Below the pieces are notes generated by a model. It ran no database searches. It saw only the letters and a program-made list of their open reading frames with translations, and had not been told where the DNA came from. Below are positions 56,053 through 64,000 of a stretch of 64,000 nt of DNA, piece after piece. The translations under genes and the position numbers were made by a program. The first letter of the stretch is position 1; every line of letters begins with the position of its first letter. The DNA comes from an uncultured Gammaproteobacteria bacterium (GTDB lineage Bacteria; Patescibacteriota; Patescibacteriia; Magasanikbacterales; GWA2-37-8). The stretch lies in the NCBI GenBank assembly GCA_964511375.1, contig CAZEEW010000001.1:70512-134511 (forward strand), in the 5' to 3' direction.

Positions 56053-56084
56053 TAAAGGACTTCCCAATCGGGGAGTCCTTTTGA
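56053..56084 (+). terminator. Intrinsic terminator after island 4
   Basis: AAAGGACT(T)CCC-aatcg-GGGAGTCCTTT followed by TTTTGACTTTT. Confidence 0.7.
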
Positions 56085-56122
56085 CTTTTCACACATAATT
56101 ATGCTAAAATTTGCTAAATATT

Positions 56123-56587
56123 ATGAAAAAAACCGATAGAAAATTTGTAATAGTGTTACCGAATATTCGCAGCTGCCATAATGTAGGTGCTGTTTTTCGT
56201 ACTGCCGATGGCGCCGGGGTAGATAAAATCTATCTCACTGGCTATACGCCAGACCCATCTCACCCTAAAATGGCGAAAGTGTCGCTTGGTGCAGAAAAGT
56301 CTGTGCCCTGGGAAAAACACTATCAAACAGCCAGGGTTTTAAAGCAATTAAAGGCCGAAGGATACAAAATAGTTGCCTTGGAGAAAACTAGTAAAAGTGT
56401 TAATATGTATTCATGGAAACCAGACTTCCCCCTTGCTTTGATCGTTGGAAATGAAGTAACTGGTGTCACACCAAATATCTTGAAATACTGTGATGAAATC
56501 ATTCATTTACCAATGAATGGCATTAAAGAGAGTCTGAATGTCAGTATCGCAAGCGGTATCGCCATCTATTACATTGCTAATAACTAA
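56123..56587 (+). CDS. SpoU/TrmH-family RNA 2'-O-methyltransferase
   Basis: Motifs NVGAVFRTADGAG, LIVGNEVTGV and LNVSIASGIAIY. Confidence 0.85.
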   Translation: MKKTDRKFVIVLPNIRSCHNVGAVFRTADGAGVDKIYLTGYTPDPSHPKMAKVSLGAEKSVPWEKHYQTARVLKQLKAEGYKIVALEKTSKSVNMYSWKPDFPLALIVGNEVTGVTPNILKYCDEIIHLPMNGIKESLNVSIASGIAIYYIANN

Positions 56588-56590
56588 ATT

Positions 56591-57316
56591 ATGCAATCCA
56601 CTATCTCACTTTTTCGTCACCTTTACGAAAAACTTCCTCCCTTATTTCCGGAAGAAACAAAGACCAAGATTAAACACGCCCTGGATCATTTAGAAAATGA
56701 TCCGACCGTTAGTTTAAGTGAAATTGAGGACACGATGGTGATGTTTGGTTATGAGGTGTGGCCTTGGAATCAGGCTTATCGTGAATTCTTGGCTTTAGCC
56801 GAAGGCGAAGTTGGCGAACATTTTTTACTACCCAGACTGAGCCAGGAGCTACAAACAAAATACGAAGATTATAAAGGATATGGAATGTCGCTTCGGGATT
56901 TGCATTCAGGGAATCCAGCTGAGTATTTCACGTCCGAAGAGCGAGTTGAACTCGCTACTGCCCTCGTAGATTTGCAGAATGATTTAAGAAAATATTTAGA
57001 GCACAAGATAATTAGCGAATACCAGACTAAATATTTATCTCGCGTTCAGGAATTTACTAGATTATTAGATGAGATGAGAGCCAGGATTCAAGACTTACGT
57101 AGTTTGGCAGATTCAGAACAAGATCACCCAACACTAGCTGACGAAATTCGACAGCAAATCAAAGCCTTTGAGCATGGACTATGCTTGCTCGGCCCAGAAC
57201 TACGTTATGACGCTGTTCTTGGTTCACCGGAATATTTTCATGGTCGCAAGTCCGAGCTAAACCGCATGCGAGGTATTCATGAAAGTCTGGAAATAGATTT
57301 TTATAACGAAGATTAA
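56591..57316 (+). CDS. Hypothetical protein
   Basis: 241-aa helical-looking ORF, tightly packed with its neighbours. No family recognised. Confidence 0.6.
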   Translation: MQSTISLFRHLYEKLPPLFPEETKTKIKHALDHLENDPTVSLSEIEDTMVMFGYEVWPWNQAYREFLALAEGEVGEHFLLPRLSQELQTKYEDYKGYGMSLRDLHSGNPAEYFTSEERVELATALVDLQNDLRKYLEHKIISEYQTKYLSRVQEFTRLLDEMRARIQDLRSLADSEQDHPTLADEIRQQIKAFEHGLCLLGPELRYDAVLGSPEYFHGRKSELNRMRGIHESLEIDFYNED

Positions 57317-57324
57317 TAAATTTT

Positions 57325-57762
57325 ATGGAAGAGAAGAGAGTTGGGGTGGGATTTGGTGTAATGTTATTAAAAGGAAACAAGATATTATTAGGCAAACGAC
57401 ACGAAGATCCGGTAAAGGCCAGTAGCTTATTGAATGGTGCCGGGACTTGGACCATGCCAGGGGGTAAATTGAAGTTTGGGGAAACATTTGAACAAGGATC
57501 AAAAAGAGAAGTATTAGAGGAAACCGGTATTGAATTAAACAGCGCCAAAGTAATCGCCGTTAATAATGATATTGTTGATTCCGCCCACTTTGTTACTGTC
57601 GGAGTTATGTCCAATGACTTTGTTGGTGAGCCCCAAGTTTTAGAGCCAGAACAAATTACTGAGTGGGATTGGTTTGAATTAGATAATCTACCTTCACCGT
57701 TATATTTTCCGAGTGCCAAGATTTTAGAAAATTATAAAGAAAACAAGTTCTATATCCCTTAG
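57325..57762 (+). CDS. Nudix hydrolase
   Basis: Nudix box GGKLKFGETFEQGSKREVLEETGI. Confidence 0.8.
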   Translation: MEEKRVGVGFGVMLLKGNKILLGKRHEDPVKASSLLNGAGTWTMPGGKLKFGETFEQGSKREVLEETGIELNSAKVIAVNNDIVDSAHFVTVGVMSNDFVGEPQVLEPEQITEWDWFELDNLPSPLYFPSAKILENYKENKFYIP

Positions 57763-57772
57763 ATATTAAAAT

Positions 57773-58189
57773 ATGGAAAGCCAACGACCAAAAGTAGGAG
57801 TAGGAGTCTTTGTTTTTAAAGATGGAAAAATTCTCTTTGGCCAGAGAAAAAATACCGGGCATGGAGTCGGAACATGGAGTTTGCCCGGTGGTCACCTGGA
57901 GTTTAATGAGGAAGTAGAAAAATGCGCAGAGAGAGAGGTGATGGAGGAGGCGGGTATTAAGATAAAAAATGTGCGTCTGGGTCCCTATACTAATGATATT
58001 TTTACAAATGACAACAAGCATTACATAACATTATTTGTAATGTCGGACTACGATTCGGGCGAGGTAACTAACATGGAGCCAGAGAAACTCGAAGAATGGC
58101 GGTGGGTAGAGTGGAACGACCTGCCAGAACCTCTGTTTTCACCAATAGTTAGCTTTATGAATTCTGGTTATAGCCCGTTCATGAACTAA
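57773..58189 (+). CDS. Nudix hydrolase (paralog of the preceding gene)
   Basis: Nudix box GGHLEFNEEVEKCAEREVMEEAGI. Confidence 0.85.
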   Translation: MESQRPKVGVGVFVFKDGKILFGQRKNTGHGVGTWSLPGGHLEFNEEVEKCAEREVMEEAGIKIKNVRLGPYTNDIFTNDNKHYITLFVMSDYDSGEVTNMEPEKLEEWRWVEWNDLPEPLFSPIVSFMNSGYSPFMN

Positions 58190-58200
58190 AAAGCTTAAAA

Positions 58201-58226
58201 AACTGACCATTAAGGTCAGTTTTTTG
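58201..58226. terminator. Bidirectional terminator
   Basis: AACTGACC-attaa-GGTCAGTT flanked by A6 and T5, between convergent genes. Confidence 0.8.
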
Positions 58227-58232
58227 TTTCTA

Positions 58233-59216
58233 TTAAATTCTTTTTGGTCTTACGTGGTTATATCTCTTCAACATTCTTTTAATTCCGTTTTCGTCCAAAA
58301 GACCAAAATGCGGACCGTGTTTTTGAATTACCCCCGAGCTATTAGCGATACCCCACATTAAGGCGGTATACATATTCTCGCCTTTAATTCTGGCCGCCAG
58401 ATAACCAGCAGAAAAAGCATCTCCGGCACCAGTTTTGGCTATAACCTTCACCGGCAGGCTTTCCATGTGCCAACCCTCATCTTCCTCTAGTGCAAAGACA
58501 CCATTAGCACCATCGGTAATCACAACTTCTTTGGCACCAAACATCATAAGTTGGTGCATAATTGAAGTAAGATTTTTTTCTTTCTCAAGAGTAGTATTTA
58601 GGAGCATTTCCGCCTCCTCGAGGTTGAGTATAAGAATATCTGCTCTCGCCAGTGCCTCTAGTAATTTTTTGGGAGCATATTTTAATTGGAAAGAGCCAGG
58701 GTTGATCGCGAGACGAACTGTTGGGTGTTTGCTTAAGTATTTCAGTAAACCATCCTGGATTTTTTCATAGCCATCAGATAACCCAGTGTAATAAATCCAG
58801 TTACTTGGTGGGATCTCTTTTGGCCAGACATATTTTCTCTTTTGGTGGTAAGAAAGGATCGTGCGTTCACCCTGGAAGTTAATAACCGTCGAGTATCTGG
58901 TCAAGGCTTTGTCATCGATGGTAACAAGAGTTGTATCAACTCCGGCCGCGTTTAATTCTTGAGTTACAAATTCACCATTAGGGTCGTTCCCGATGCTGGC
59001 AATAATGGCAGTGTTTAAGGCTAATTCAATTGCGCCTCGAGCGACGTTGGCCGCATTACCTCCGAGCGACTGGAAACTACCTTTAATTGGCACTTTACCA
59101 GCATAGTTAAAGCAAAGTTTTTTATGATCATGAAGTATGGCACATTCAGCGCTGGATTCATCAACGATGAGGTGGGTGTCAACTAAGACGTCACCAATGG
59201 TTATTAGCTTAAACAT
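58233..59216 (-). CDS. PfkB-family carbohydrate/nucleoside kinase
   Basis: The C-terminal GAGDAFSAGYL motif and the N-terminal GGNAANVA-type motif. Confidence 0.8.
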   Translation of the reverse strand: MFKLITIGDVLVDTHLIVDESSAECAILHDHKKLCFNYAGKVPIKGSFQSLGGNAANVARGAIELALNTAIIASIGNDPNGEFVTQELNAAGVDTTLVTIDDKALTRYSTVINFQGERTILSYHQKRKYVWPKEIPPSNWIYYTGLSDGYEKIQDGLLKYLSKHPTVRLAINPGSFQLKYAPKKLLEALARADILILNLEEAEMLLNTTLEKEKNLTSIMHQLMMFGAKEVVITDGANGVFALEEDEGWHMESLPVKVIAKTGAGDAFSAGYLAARIKGENMYTALMWGIANSSGVIQKHGPHFGLLDENGIKRMLKRYNHVRPKRI

Positions 59217-59222
59217 ATCTGT

Positions 59223-59546
59223 CTAGTTAGATTTACCACTAGGATTTTTGTAGCTCTCCACGTCCTTCAGGTTGTGTCCGTGTTTGCCTAAAATAATTTC
59301 CACCATTTCAATGAAACTACCGAGAGTAAAACCAGCCATGGCAATCGAAAATACCTTGTTACCCACCCAGAGGGCGTATATAAATAAACAGGCGCCCGCC
59401 ACAACAAATACAGCGTCTTGGCGACGCTCTGTTTCCAAAAACACCCCATAAGTTAATAAAATAGCCCCAAGACCAGCAACTACGTTCATAAGGATTGTAG
59501 TTAGCGGCCAAGGTAGGGTAGAGAAAATCTCTGGTAGTGGCGGCAT
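59223..59546 (-). CDS. Small 3-TM membrane protein
   Basis: 107 aa, paralogous to 59557..59790 (LLTYGVFLETERRQDAVFV against LLITYGIFVKKEIRQDIVFA). Confidence 0.55.
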   Translation of the reverse strand: MPPLPEIFSTLPWPLTTILMNVVAGLGAILLTYGVFLETERRQDAVFVVAGACLFIYALWVGNKVFSIAMAGFTLGSFIEMVEIILGKHGHNLKDVESYKNPSGKSN

Positions 59547-59556
59547 ATGTTTTAAG

Positions 59557-59790
59557 TTAAGAAGTAACTTTTTTATTTCGTAATTTAAATATTTCGTAGA
59601 GACTAGCGAGAGTAAAAATTATTTGCAAAGGTATGAAGATTGGATCGCGCAAGTACGAGCTGTATGCTAAGAGAAATATCCCGCCTAAAGCAAAAACAAT
59701 ATCTTGTCGTATCTCTTTTTTAACAAAAATACCGTAAGTAATGAGCAAAACTCCAATTACTCCAGAAGTTTTCGCTAAGATTTCTAGCAT
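59557..59790 (-). CDS. Small 3-TM membrane protein (tandem paralog)
   Basis: 77 aa with three hydrophobic helices. Confidence 0.55.
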   Translation of the reverse strand: MLEILAKTSGVIGVLLITYGIFVKKEIRQDIVFALGGIFLLAYSSYLRDPIFIPLQIIFTLASLYEIFKLRNKKVTS

Positions 59791-59791
59791 A

Positions 59792-60754
59792 TTAATTTTC
59801 TGTCCAACGGTTTATGTATTCAATGGCAGCAAGAGCAGCCGTAATACCTTGTCCAGCAGAAATGCCGATCTGTTTGTAAGGGATGTTGGTGACGTCACCA
59901 GCCGCAAATATTCCAGGGCAACTGGTTCGGCATTTTTGATCAACTATGATTTGGCCGTTTGCATCTTTCTCAACACAATCGGCGATGTCTGAATTCGGTG
60001 TTTGACCAATGTGGATCATAACCCCATCAAGGTTTAAGGTATTTTCCTTGCCTTGTTCATCTAAATATTTCAACCCCGTTACTTTATCTGGCCCAATTAT
60101 TTCAGCTGTTTTTACTGAGTAAAGAATCTCAATTTTTGGATTAGCTTTAATTTTATCCACTAAAATAGTTTCACCCTTAGGGAAGCCACCATTAAATTCC
60201 TTTTGGTTCGGATATTTACTTAGTACATATACCTTGCTCGCGAGTTCGCCCATCATAAGGGCAGATTCGAGAGCGGCATTACCTGAACCAATCGTTGCCG
60301 TTACCTTATTTCGGAAAAGAGGACCATCACAGACTGTACAGTAGGTAAGACCTTTGTGAAGTAATTCCTGCTCACCTGGCACCTTTAGGTGACGAGGTTT
60401 AATGCCGGTGGCAATAATTACTCCCTTAGCTTGGTAAACATCTTCCTTGCCATCAGCTTTTTTGACGTGAACGTTGTGGTGATTCATTTCTGGAACAATT
60501 TTGTAGACCCAGGTGCCTTCTTCTAAATCTACTTCTGGATAGCTCTTGGCATGTTCAATAAATTTATTAGCCAATTCATAACCCTGAATTTCAATAATAC
60601 CTGGCCAGTTGTTAACAATGCCAGATAAGGCAACTTCTCCGCCCAAACGGTCAGAGATTAGTTTAATTTTTAGTCTGCGTCTTGCCGCATACACTGCGGC
60701 AGCTGGTCCAGCCGCTGCCCCTCCGATGATAATAAGATCAAACATAACAAACAA
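59792..60754 (-). CDS. trxB: Thioredoxin-disulfide reductase
   Basis: FAD motif IIGGAAAGPAAA, redox-active CTVCDG and NADPH motif GSGNAALE. Confidence 0.92.
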   Translation of the reverse strand: MFVMFDLIIIGGAAAGPAAAVYAARRRLKIKLISDRLGGEVALSGIVNNWPGIIEIQGYELANKFIEHAKSYPEVDLEEGTWVYKIVPEMNHHNVHVKKADGKEDVYQAKGVIIATGIKPRHLKVPGEQELLHKGLTYCTVCDGPLFRNKVTATIGSGNAALESALMMGELASKVYVLSKYPNQKEFNGGFPKGETILVDKIKANPKIEILYSVKTAEIIGPDKVTGLKYLDEQGKENTLNLDGVMIHIGQTPNSDIADCVEKDANGQIIVDQKCRTSCPGIFAAGDVTNIPYKQIGISAGQGITAALAAIEYINRWTEN

Positions 60755-60756
60755 GT

Positions 60757-61410
60757 TTACAAATTGGTTAATTGTGAATAAGCTGCTTGAATATTTTCCG
60801 CCCCCATTAAGGCACTACCAACATAGGCAATATCTACACTCCAAGAACGGATCAGATCGATATTTTCTGGCTTTACCCCACCATCAATAGCTAGAACAGG
60901 GGAGTCGGTACCAAGACTGCTTTTTAAGTCTTTAATCTTGTTGCCAACAAAATCTAAAAAGTCTCCACCTTGTTTTCCGGGGTAAACGGTCATGAATAAA
61001 ATTAAGTCAATTATACCACAGAACGGTTGGATTTTCGACCAAGCCGTGTCTGGGTTAATTGCTATTCCGACTTCATGTCCCAGTTCCCTAATTTTAGCTA
61101 TCACTTCCGCTGGGTCGTCGAGAGATTCAATGTGAAAGATTATTCTTTTTAAACCGTGGACATTTGACCAAGATTTAATCTCTTCTAGTGGGTTATTAAC
61201 CATGAGATGCAATTCTAAGCCAAAAGGTAAGTTAAGGTGGTTAACTTCCTCTCTCTCAGGAAACGACTGGTTATTTACAAAAACTCCGTCCATAATGTCT
61301 AGTTGAACATAGGACGGATTCAGTAGTTTAACTTTCTCAGTCTGTATTTTGAATTTTGAAAAACTGTCTACCAAAATGGCCGGAACAATTTGCATAGTTT
61401 TAAGCTTCAA
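60757..61410 (-). CDS. rpe: Ribulose-phosphate 3-epimerase
   Basis: QLDIMDGVFVNN and the overall TIM-barrel family pattern. Confidence 0.9.
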   Translation of the reverse strand: MKLKTMQIVPAILVDSFSKFKIQTEKVKLLNPSYVQLDIMDGVFVNNQSFPEREEVNHLNLPFGLELHLMVNNPLEEIKSWSNVHGLKRIIFHIESLDDPAEVIAKIRELGHEVGIAINPDTAWSKIQPFCGIIDLILFMTVYPGKQGGDFLDFVGNKIKDLKSSLGTDSPVLAIDGGVKPENIDLIRSWSVDIAYVGSALMGAENIQAAYSQLTNL

Positions 61411-61846
61411 TTTGGCTAATCTTATCTAATCTTCTCTGGTATTTCGGGTCATCAGTTCTAAATTCTGTTTCTAGGAATTTTTTAGTGATTGCTGCAGCAT
61501 GATCATTAGAAATTATCCTGGCTGCTAAACATAATACATTCAAGTCATCGTCGCGTCGCCCTAGCTCAACCCCTTCAATGCTGTAACCAATACTAGCGCG
61601 GACTCCTTTAAACTTATTAGCTGCAACACACACACCGTGTCCGCTACCGCAAAGTAAAAGGCCCAGTGATCCCTTATCTTTTTGTACTGCCTCAGCAACT
61701 TTTTTAGCGTAATCTACATAATCATCATTCTCATCGTACTTATCTCCACCGAGATCAGTCACGTCTTTTTTGAGTTGGGTCTTAAGATAGGTGGTGAGAT
61801 ATTTCTTCATGTCGAAACCTCGGTGATCTGAGGCAATGTATATCAT
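61400..61846 (-). CDS. rpiB: Ribose-5-phosphate isomerase B
   Basis: IASDHRGFDMKKYL and LLCGSGHGVCVAANKFKGVRA. Confidence 0.9.
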   Translation of the reverse strand: MIYIASDHRGFDMKKYLTTYLKTQLKKDVTDLGGDKYDENDDYVDYAKKVAEAVQKDKGSLGLLLCGSGHGVCVAANKFKGVRASIGYSIEGVELGRRDDDLNVLCLAARIISNDHAAAITKKFLETEFRTDDPKYQRRLDKISQIEA

Positions 61847-61899
61847 AGAATATGGCTTAAATACCTCTGTATTATATAGTTTTGTAAATGGTTTGGCAA

Positions 61900-61925
61900 A
61901 TAGAAAAGCCCTGTTTTTCAGGGCT
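61900..61925 (-). terminator. Intrinsic terminator after livF
   Basis: AGCCCTG-N5-CAGGGCT followed on the minus strand by TTTTCTATTT. Confidence 0.75.
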
Positions 61926-62669
61926 CTAAATTTTTCCTATAAACACTTTCTCCAGTACGCCCGACGATATAATTTTTTGAGGTGCTCCTTCTGTCACCAC
62001 CGTGCCTTTGTCCAATACATAAGCTCGATCAACGATCTGCAGAAGGGACTTAATGTTGTGTTCAACGACCAAGATAGCAGTTTTATGCCTTAAATTTATC
62101 TCCTTTATAGTGTGAAACACCTCTTTAACTAGTTTGGGGGAAAGTCCAAGTGATGGTTCATCTAGCAACAATACCTTGGGAGCGATCATAAGACCTCTCG
62201 CCAGAGCTAACATCTGTTGTTGTCCGCCAGAAAGGGTCCCAGATTTAGATTTTAACTTTGGCTTAAGGCTAGGAAAAATTTCTATTGCTTCTTGCAGCCG
62301 GCGTTTTAGTTCCTCTTTGTTCTTTACAGCAAATCCACCCATCTCGAGATTTTCCCTTACAGTCAGGTGGGTGAAAACCCGTCGTCCCTGAGGAACAAAA
62401 GCAATACCCAGATCAGCCATTTCATAGGAAACAGGTGTGACTGATTTATCGTGCCAGAGAATTTTACCAGACTCAATCGGTGCTAGGCCGAAAATTGCTT
62501 TGAGGATCGTCGATTTGCCTGCCCCGTTAGGTCCCATCAGGGCGACAATTTCTCCTTCGTCAATTTCAATAGTGGCACCATCAAGTGCCTTTACACCTCC
62601 ATAGTGAACATGAATATCTTTAGCTTGTAAAAGCAGGTCTTTCATATTACTCACCAAGATAGGCTTCAA
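61926..62669 (-). CDS. livF: Branched-chain amino acid ABC transporter ATP-binding protein (LivF-like)
   Basis: Walker A GPNGAGKST, signature LSGGQQQ and Walker B LLLDEP. Confidence 0.85.
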   Translation of the reverse strand: MKPILVSNMKDLLLQAKDIHVHYGGVKALDGATIEIDEGEIVALMGPNGAGKSTILKAIFGLAPIESGKILWHDKSVTPVSYEMADLGIAFVPQGRRVFTHLTVRENLEMGGFAVKNKEELKRRLQEAIEIFPSLKPKLKSKSGTLSGGQQQMLALARGLMIAPKVLLLDEPSLGLSPKLVKEVFHTIKEINLRHKTAILVVEHNIKSLLQIVDRAYVLDKGTVVTEGAPQKIISSGVLEKVFIGKI

Positions 62670-63378
62670 TTACTTTTTTATCTTCCAAAACTTTATCTGG
62701 CTTTCCAAACGCGAGTAATGCTCCACTATCTAAAACTACTACTTCATCACAAAGTTCGCGGATAAGGTCCATACTGTGCTCAATTAGAATAATGGTTTTA
62801 CCGCTTTGTCTAAGTTCTTGCAGAATTTTGATGACAATCTTACGCATCTCGGGAAAAAGACCAGCAAAAGGTTCGTCGAATAGATATATTTCCGAATTCA
62901 TGGCTAAAGCACGTCCAATTTCTAATAGTTTCCTCTGACCATAAGAGAGGTTAACTGCAAGTTCGTGGCATTTTTCTTTAAGACTAAGTTTTTCTAAAAT
63001 TTCATGAGTTTTATCTAAGTGATACTTACTGTGTCGTTCAAATAAGGCACTAAAGATATTCCTTTCGGTTAGGACAACAAGCAAATTATCTTCCACTGTC
63101 ATTTGATTAAACAATCTTACTTCTTGGAAAGTGCGGGTAATTGAATATATCTGATTATCTATGGGGTTAATGTTCTTTTTACTAATACCGTTAATCACTA
63201 TTAACCCTGAATCGGGGTGAAATAAGCCGCTTAAAATGTTTACGAGAGTAGATTTACCTGATCCGTTTGGTCCAATTAGGCCTGTAATTTGTCCTTTTTT
63301 AAATGCTAAATCCAGGTTGTCGATGGCTCGAACACCATTAAATTTTTTAACTAAACTTTTTGTCGAGACCACTACCAT
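62647..63378 (-). CDS. livG: Branched-chain amino acid ABC transporter ATP-binding protein (LivG-like)
   Basis: Walker A GPNGSGKST, signature LSYGQRK and Walker B YLFDEP. The start at 63378 directly follows the livM stop. Confidence 0.85.
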   Translation of the reverse strand: MVVVSTKSLVKKFNGVRAIDNLDLAFKKGQITGLIGPNGSGKSTLVNILSGLFHPDSGLIVINGISKKNINPIDNQIYSITRTFQEVRLFNQMTVEDNLLVVLTERNIFSALFERHSKYHLDKTHEILEKLSLKEKCHELAVNLSYGQRKLLEIGRALAMNSEIYLFDEPFAGLFPEMRKIVIKILQELRQSGKTIILIEHSMDLIRELCDEVVVLDSGALLAFGKPDKVLEDKKVIEAYLGE

Positions 63379-63379
63379 A

Positions 63380-64000
63380 CTACAATTTATATTCACCCAT
63401 TATACCTTGAGGACGGAAGAGCATGAGTAAAATTAAGATTACCCCATAAATTACCTGTCGCATTTGTGCCGCGATATCATTCGGTAGACCAAGGAAACGT
63501 AGTGCTTCAGGCAACAGCACTAAAATTAAAGCACCAACAATCGAGCCTCTTAGGTTGGCAAGCCCGCCAAGGATTATAATGGCAAGGATAAAAATAGATT
63601 CATCGATTGTAAAGGTAGAAGGGTCAATGAAAGTAATGTAGCTTGCGATTAATGAGCCTGCAATCGAGGCGAACATTGCTCCGATTACAAAGATTGCCAG
63701 CTTATAAACACTAACGTTATACCCAAATATTTTGATCGCCCCCTCATCTTCTCGAATGGCCTTTAGGACTCTTCCAAAAGAAGAATGAATCAAAGAACGA
63801 GATAAATAATACACGATAATAAGAAGGACTAATGCTAAGATAAGAAACATCCAGTTTTCAGTAAAATTTAAACCCAATATATTTGGTCGGTAAATGCCTG
63901 GAATACCAAGTGGCCCGCGGGTTAATTCTTGCCAGTTTAACATAATACTGTAGACGATGATGTTAAAACCCAAGGAGGCGAGTGCGTAGTAGTCTTCTTT
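63380..64000 (-). CDS. livM: Branched-chain amino acid ABC transporter permease (LivM-like), 5' end off-window
   Basis: Polytopic membrane protein. The frame stays open to the window edge. Confidence 0.8.
   Translation of the reverse strand, partial: KEDYYALASLGFNIIVYSIMLNWQELTRGPLGIPGIYRPNILGLNFTENWMFLILALVLLIIVYYLSRSLIHSSFGRVLKAIREDEGAIKIFGYNVSVYKLAIFVIGAMFASIAGSLIASYITFIDPSTFTIDESIFILAIIILGGLANLRGSIVGALILVLLPEALRFLGLPNDIAAQMRQVIYGVILILLMLFRPQGIMGEYKL

Noticed and set aside
55297-56067. A 256-aa minus-strand ORF and other overlapping ORFs (157, 105, 78 and 60 aa) across island 4.
   Set aside because: The 256-aa ORF runs through the AT-rich promoter and terminator on both sides and has no signal features. 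The plus-strand lipoprotein frame has the SD, the lipobox signal peptide and the GC3 bias.
11908-56122. N-terminal extensions suggested by the ORF track: 11908 (membrane protein), 35278 (CYTH), 40746 (C39-like), 40785 (ftsK), 54692 (ruvC), 56111 (SpoU) and 8488 (HExxH orphan).
   Set aside because: The extensions overlap upstream genes, terminators or promoter elements, or they use TTG starts. Internal ATGs placed just after the neighbour's stop or after a TGGTATAAT box fit better.
1-64000. Searched for CRISPR arrays, diversity-generating retroelements, IS elements or integrases, prophage blocks and rRNA genes.
   Set aside because: I could find no repeat-spacer periodicity, no reverse transcriptase, transposase or integrase ORF, and no rRNA-like sequence. 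The only tandem repeats are coding repeats inside surface-protein genes.
1-64000. Alternative genetic code (UGA recoding, as in some CPR lineages) or inteins and frameshifts in the large housekeeping genes.
   Set aside because: polA, recA, ftsK, rpoB, rpoC, pilB and others translate uninterrupted with the standard code. Their lengths are normal and their motifs contiguous.

Overview
This is a low-GC, gene-dense bacterial chromosome segment; hand-sampled host stretches are about one-third G+C. Gene content and style fit a Patescibacteria/CPR-type organism (inference): nucleotide-salvage enzymes, a type IV pilus operon, giant surface proteins, and almost no Shine-Dalgarno motifs ahead of host genes. 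Recognisable core genes are polA (partial), holA, rpsT, rmuC, ychF, pilB/C/M/N/O, recA, ftsK, rpoB, rpoC, yebC, ruvC, trxB, rpe, rpiB, livF/G/M (partial), an Fe/Mn SOD and three tRNAs. The main anomaly is four sharply bounded GC-rich cassettes at 30952-31285, 32752-34590, 51752-52066 and 55350-55988. They sit in intergenic slots between housekeeping genes and carry ORFan genes with G/C-dominated third codon positions. Four of the five ORFs have GGAGG-type ribosome-binding sites (the 387-aa ORF has only a weak AAGGAAA), and each cassette carries G/C hairpins. Three cassettes lie next to host-style AT-rich promoters and two are followed by AT-rich intrinsic terminators. Two of them begin with the identical 11-mer ATGCTGGCTCG. 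No integrase, transposase, reverse transcriptase or CRISPR array is visible. Secondary observations are a 30-bp perfect palindrome with a near-identical copy bracketing a yhhQ-like transporter, an orphan promoter-to-terminator unit, a csc-like secreted-protein cluster with two giant adhesins, a Memo-CapA fusion, and two HExxH orphans.
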